Positions 29,124 through 32,000 of a stretch of DNA of 32,000 bases are shown piece by piece. Both the position numbers and the translations under genes were made by a program. The notes beneath the pieces are model-generated. The model worked only from the letters and a program-made list of their open reading frames with translations. It did no database searches and was not told the DNA's origin. Position 1 is the first letter of the stretch; every line of letters begins with the position of its first letter. The stretch covers positions 2,520,001 through 2,552,000 of the forward strand of contig NC_000962.3 in NCBI RefSeq assembly GCF_000195955.2, read 5' to 3'. The DNA is from Mycobacterium tuberculosis H37Rv. Its GTDB lineage: Bacteria > Actinomycetota > Actinomycetes > Mycobacteriales > Mycobacteriaceae.

Positions 29124-30029
29124 TTAATGACGCCATTGTTGGGCCGCCAGCGGCGAGTCCACAAGTACCGCATCGAGTCCGATTTTGTGAGCCAGGCGGT
29201 AGTCGTCGACAGTTTTCACCGCGAAACCCATGACCTTCATGCCGGACTGCGATCTGAAACAGTCGACCGAGGCCTCGTCCCACAACTCGGCATTCACCGC
29301 GGAGATACCGGACCCCAACGTGAATTCTTCGGTGACGGTGACATCGCGATGCAACTCGAATCCGGCCCACTTCCCAGGATCCGGCTGCGGATCACAGTGA
29401 TGGTTCAATGCCATGTTGAAAAGGCGCTGGCGGGTCACGTCACGACTTTCGGCGACCTGCAGTCCCTCCTGCCGCGAGGCTGCAGCCGTGATGTCAGCGT
29501 TGGTGGAATATACGATCGACCGCCCGGCAGCACCAGTCCTGGTCAACACCTGCGCGACCGCTGAGACCAGCGGCTGTGGCGGAGTCTGCTTGAGGTCTAG
29601 AAACAGAGTCATATCGGGCGGAGTCGCGCCAATGGCTTGCTCCAGTGTCGGTATCGGGGTCGCCCGTTGCCGGTAGGGATGGCCCTCGACGCCCGGCGTG
29701 GTGAAATTCCATCCCGCGTTGAGCTGCTGGAGTTGCTGAACCGTCTTCGAATTCACCGGGCCGGCGCCGTCGGTCAACGTTGCCAGATCGGACGGACGAT
29801 ACAGCACCGGCACGCCATCGCTGCTGACCTGGACGGTCAGCCACATGCCATCCACACCAGCTGCGACTGCGTTGGTAATCGCCAGAACGGTGTTCTCGGG
29901 AAAATCGCGCGTACCCGCGCGATGCGCGACAATCATCGGGTCGTCAGTCTGGCCCAGCGGCAAAGCATCCGCCACACCGCAAGTCCCTCCCAAGGCGATC
30001 ACCAGCGCCACCGTGAACCGCCCCGGCAT
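29124..30029 (-). CDS. Glycerophosphodiester phosphodiesterase-like protein, 5' end replaced by IS6110 sequence (Rv2277c-like)
   Basis: 301-aa ORF. MIVAHRAGTRDFPENT and MTLFLDLKQ are GDPD-like. The start codon at 30029 lies inside the IS6110 left inverted repeat. Confidence 0.85.
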   Translation of the reverse strand: MPGRFTVALVIALGGTCGVADALPLGQTDDPMIVAHRAGTRDFPENTVLAITNAVAAGVDGMWLTVQVSSDGVPVLYRPSDLATLTDGAGPVNSKTVQQLQQLNAGWNFTTPGVEGHPYRQRATPIPTLEQAIGATPPDMTLFLDLKQTPPQPLVSAVAQVLTRTGAAGRSIVYSTNADITAAASRQEGLQVAESRDVTRQRLFNMALNHHCDPQPDPGKWAGFELHRDVTVTEEFTLGSGISAVNAELWDEASVDCFRSQSGMKVMGFAVKTVDDYRLAHKIGLDAVLVDSPLAAQQWRH

Positions 30030-30064
30030 GTCCGGAGACTCCAGTTCTTGGAAAGGATGGGGTC

Positions 30065-30391
30065 ATGTCAGGTGGTTCATCGAGGAGGTACCCGCCGGAG
30101 CTGCGTGAGCGGGCGGTGCGGATGGTCGCAGAGATCCGCGGTCAGCACGATTCGGAGTGGGCAGCGATCAGTGAGGTCGCCCGTCTACTTGGTGTTGGCT
30201 GCGCGGAGACGGTGCGTAAGTGGGTGCGCCAGGCGCAGGTCGATGCCGGCGCACGGCCCGGGACCACGACCGAAGAATCCGCTGAGCTGAAGCGCTTGCG
30301 GCGGGACAACGCCGAATTGCGAAGGGCGAACGCGATTTTAAAGACCGCGTCGGCTTTCTTCGCGGCCGAGCTCGACCGGCCAGCACGCTAA
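30065..30391 (+). CDS. IS6110 transposase OrfA
   Basis: 108-aa ORF with HTH region SRRYPPELRERAVRMVAEIR...GVGCAETVRKWVRQ. Confidence 0.95.
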   Translation: MSGGSSRRYPPELRERAVRMVAEIRGQHDSEWAAISEVARLLGVGCAETVRKWVRQAQVDAGARPGTTTEESAELKRLRRDNAELRRANAILKTASAFFAAELDRPAR

Positions 30392-31326
30392 TTACCCGGT
30401 TCATCGCCGATCATCAGGGCCACCGCGAGGGCCCCGATGGTTTGCGGTGGGGTGTCGAGTCGATCTGCACACAGCTGACCGAGCTGGGTGTGCCGATCGC
30501 CCCATCGACCTACTACGACCACATCAACCGGGAGCCCAGCCGCCGCGAGCTGCGCGATGGCGAACTCAAGGAGCACATCAGCCGCGTCCACGCCGCCAAC
30601 TACGGTGTTTACGGTGCCCGCAAAGTGTGGCTAACCCTGAACCGTGAGGGCATCGAGGTGGCCAGATGCACCGTCGAACGGCTGATGACCAAACTCGGCC
30701 TGTCCGGGACCACCCGCGGCAAAGCCCGCAGGACCACGATCGCTGATCCGGCCACAGCCCGTCCCGCCGATCTCGTCCAGCGCCGCTTCGGACCACCAGC
30801 ACCTAACCGGCTGTGGGTAGCAGACCTCACCTATGTGTCGACCTGGGCAGGGTTCGCCTACGTGGCCTTTGTCACCGACGCCTACGCTCGCAGGATCCTG
30901 GGCTGGCGGGTCGCTTCCACGATGGCCACCTCCATGGTCCTCGACGCGATCGAGCAAGCCATCTGGACCCGCCAACAAGAAGGCGTACTCGACCTGAAAG
31001 ACGTTATCCACCATACGGATAGGGGATCTCAGTACACATCGATCCGGTTCAGCGAGCGGCTCGCCGAGGCAGGCATCCAACCGTCGGTCGGAGCGGTCGG
31101 AAGCTCCTATGACAATGCACTAGCCGAGACGATCAACGGCCTATACAAGACCGAGCTGATCAAACCCGGCAAGCCCTGGCGGTCCATCGAGGATGTCGAG
31201 TTGGCCACCGCGCGCTGGGTCGACTGGTTCAACCATCGCCGCCTCTACCAGTACTGCGGCGACGTCCCGCCGGTCGAACTCGAGGCTGCCTACTACGCTC
31301 AACGCCAGAGACCAGCCGCCGGCTGA
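30340..31326 (+). CDS. IS6110 transposase OrfB (DDE integrase core), expressed by -1 frameshift
   Basis: Frame from AAA at 30340 to TGA at 31326. APNRLWVADLTYV, HHTDRGSQYTS, DNALAETINGLYKTE. Slippery TTTTAAAG at 30336-30343 in the OrfA overlap. Confidence 0.95.
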   Translation, partial: KDRVGFLRGRARPASTLITRFIADHQGHREGPDGLRWGVESICTQLTELGVPIAPSTYYDHINREPSRRELRDGELKEHISRVHAANYGVYGARKVWLTLNREGIEVARCTVERLMTKLGLSGTTRGKARRTTIADPATARPADLVQRRFGPPAPNRLWVADLTYVSTWAGFAYVAFVTDAYARRILGWRVASTMATSMVLDAIEQAIWTRQQEGVLDLKDVIHHTDRGSQYTSIRFSERLAEAGIQPSVGAVGSSYDNALAETINGLYKTELIKPGKPWRSIEDVELATARWVDWFNHRRLYQYCGDVPPVELEAAYYAQRQRPAAG

Positions 31327-31559
31327 GGTCTCAGATCAGAGAGTCTCCGGACTCACCGGGGCGGTTCACCGCGCCCAACATAGCCGTCTTCACCATCGGT
31401 CCCCTTCAGGCTTTCCCCACCGTAGAAACGTGCGCAATGCGCGGCGCACAGTATCGAACCGTACCGCTGAGAGCCAACCACGATGATTTGCCCGCACCGG
31501 CAGCGATAAAGTAAGTCGCGGTCGGGCACGCAGCGCAGCGTTGGAAAGTGAGGCCTCCG

Positions 31560-32000
31560 ATGAGTGAAATGACAGCTCGGTTTTCCGAAATCGTCGGGAA
31601 CGCCAATTTGCTGACCGGCGACGCAATCCCCGAGGACTACGCACACGACGAAGAGTTGACGGGGCCGCCGCAGAAGCCAGCCTATGCCGCCAAGCCGGCC
31701 ACCCCCGAAGAGGTTGCCCAACTGCTGAAGGCCGCCTCTGAAAACGGTGTGCCGGTGACGGCCCGCGGGTCCGGGTGCGGCTTGTCGGGGGCCGCACGAC
31801 CAGTCGAGGGTGGGCTGCTGATCTCGTTCGACCGGATGAACAAGGTCCTCGAGGTCGACACCGCCAACCAAGTCGCCGTCGTGCAGCCCGGGGTGGCGTT
31901 GACCGACCTGGACGCCGCTACCGCCGATACCGGGCTGCGGTACACGGTTTACCCGGGCGAGCTGTCCTCCAGCGTCGGCGGGAATGTCGGAACCAACGCC
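31560..32000 (+). CDS. FAD-linked oxidase/dehydrogenase (Rv2280-like, D-lactate/glycolate oxidase family), 5' part; continues past window
   Basis: ATG at 31560, open to the window edge: KPATPEEVAQLLKAASENGVPVTARGSGCGLSGAARPVEGGLLISFDRMNKVLEVD...YPGELSSSVGGNVGTNA. Confidence 0.88.
   Translation, partial: MSEMTARFSEIVGNANLLTGDAIPEDYAHDEELTGPPQKPAYAAKPATPEEVAQLLKAASENGVPVTARGSGCGLSGAARPVEGGLLISFDRMNKVLEVDTANQVAVVQPGVALTDLDAATADTGLRYTVYPGELSSSVGGNVGTNA

Larger units (their letters stand above)
30014..31368 (+). mobile_element. IS6110: IS6110 (IS3 family), complete 1355-bp copy
   Basis: 28-bp imperfect terminal repeats: TGAACCGCCCCGGCATGTCCGGAGACTC (30014-30041) and GAGTCTCCGGACTCACCGGGGCGGTTCA (31341-31368), 3 mismatches. 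3-bp CCG target duplication (30011-30013 / 31369-31371). Total length 1355 bp. Confidence 0.98.

Noticed and set aside
31353-31871. 172-aa minus-strand ORF across the IS6110 right end and the oxidase gene
   Set aside because: It combines antisense oxidase sequence with the IS terminal repeat. The reconstructed signal peptide in a different frame explains the region better.

Overview
This 32 kb window is a GC-rich mycobacterial segment. Gene order, protein lengths, an IS6110 copy and a 6-copy 53-bp MIRU array match, from memory, Mycobacterium tuberculosis H37Rv at about 2,520,001-2,552,000 (kasB/Rv2246 to Rv2280); no database search was run. Contents, left to right: end of the FAS-II operon (kasB, accD6); a possible AbiEi-like/PD-(D/E)XK protein bracketed by hairpins; glpD1, a TetR regulator, a frameshifted AGPS-like flavoprotein and a lipid kinase; a LysE-like exporter next to what looks like a decayed Lrp/AsnC regulator; a serine hydrolase and a methyltransferase; MIRU-23; mscR and an MBL protein; a broken lnt-like gene; an SDR; a proline-rich actin/Hsp70-fold membrane protein; an MFS transporter; cyp124, stf3 and cyp128 (the latter pair linked to sulfomenaquinone); lppN; DUF202 proteins; mazF8-like; the cyclodipeptide synthase/CYP121 pair; a GDPD-like protein; IS6110; and the start of a FAD-linked oxidase. 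I found no clearly undescribed system. The strongest sequence-level observations are: (1) IS6110 lies inside the signal peptide of the GDPD-like gene and its inverted repeat supplies a replacement start codon, while the ancestral start and Shine-Dalgarno sit on the far side; (2) MIRU-23 forms a chain of ATGA-coupled mini-ORFs running into the methyltransferase gene; (3) a probable head-to-head deletion fused the remains of a divergent Lrp/LysE module; (4) frameshifts in an AGPS-like gene and in an lnt-like gene, the latter also lacking the nucleophilic Cys.
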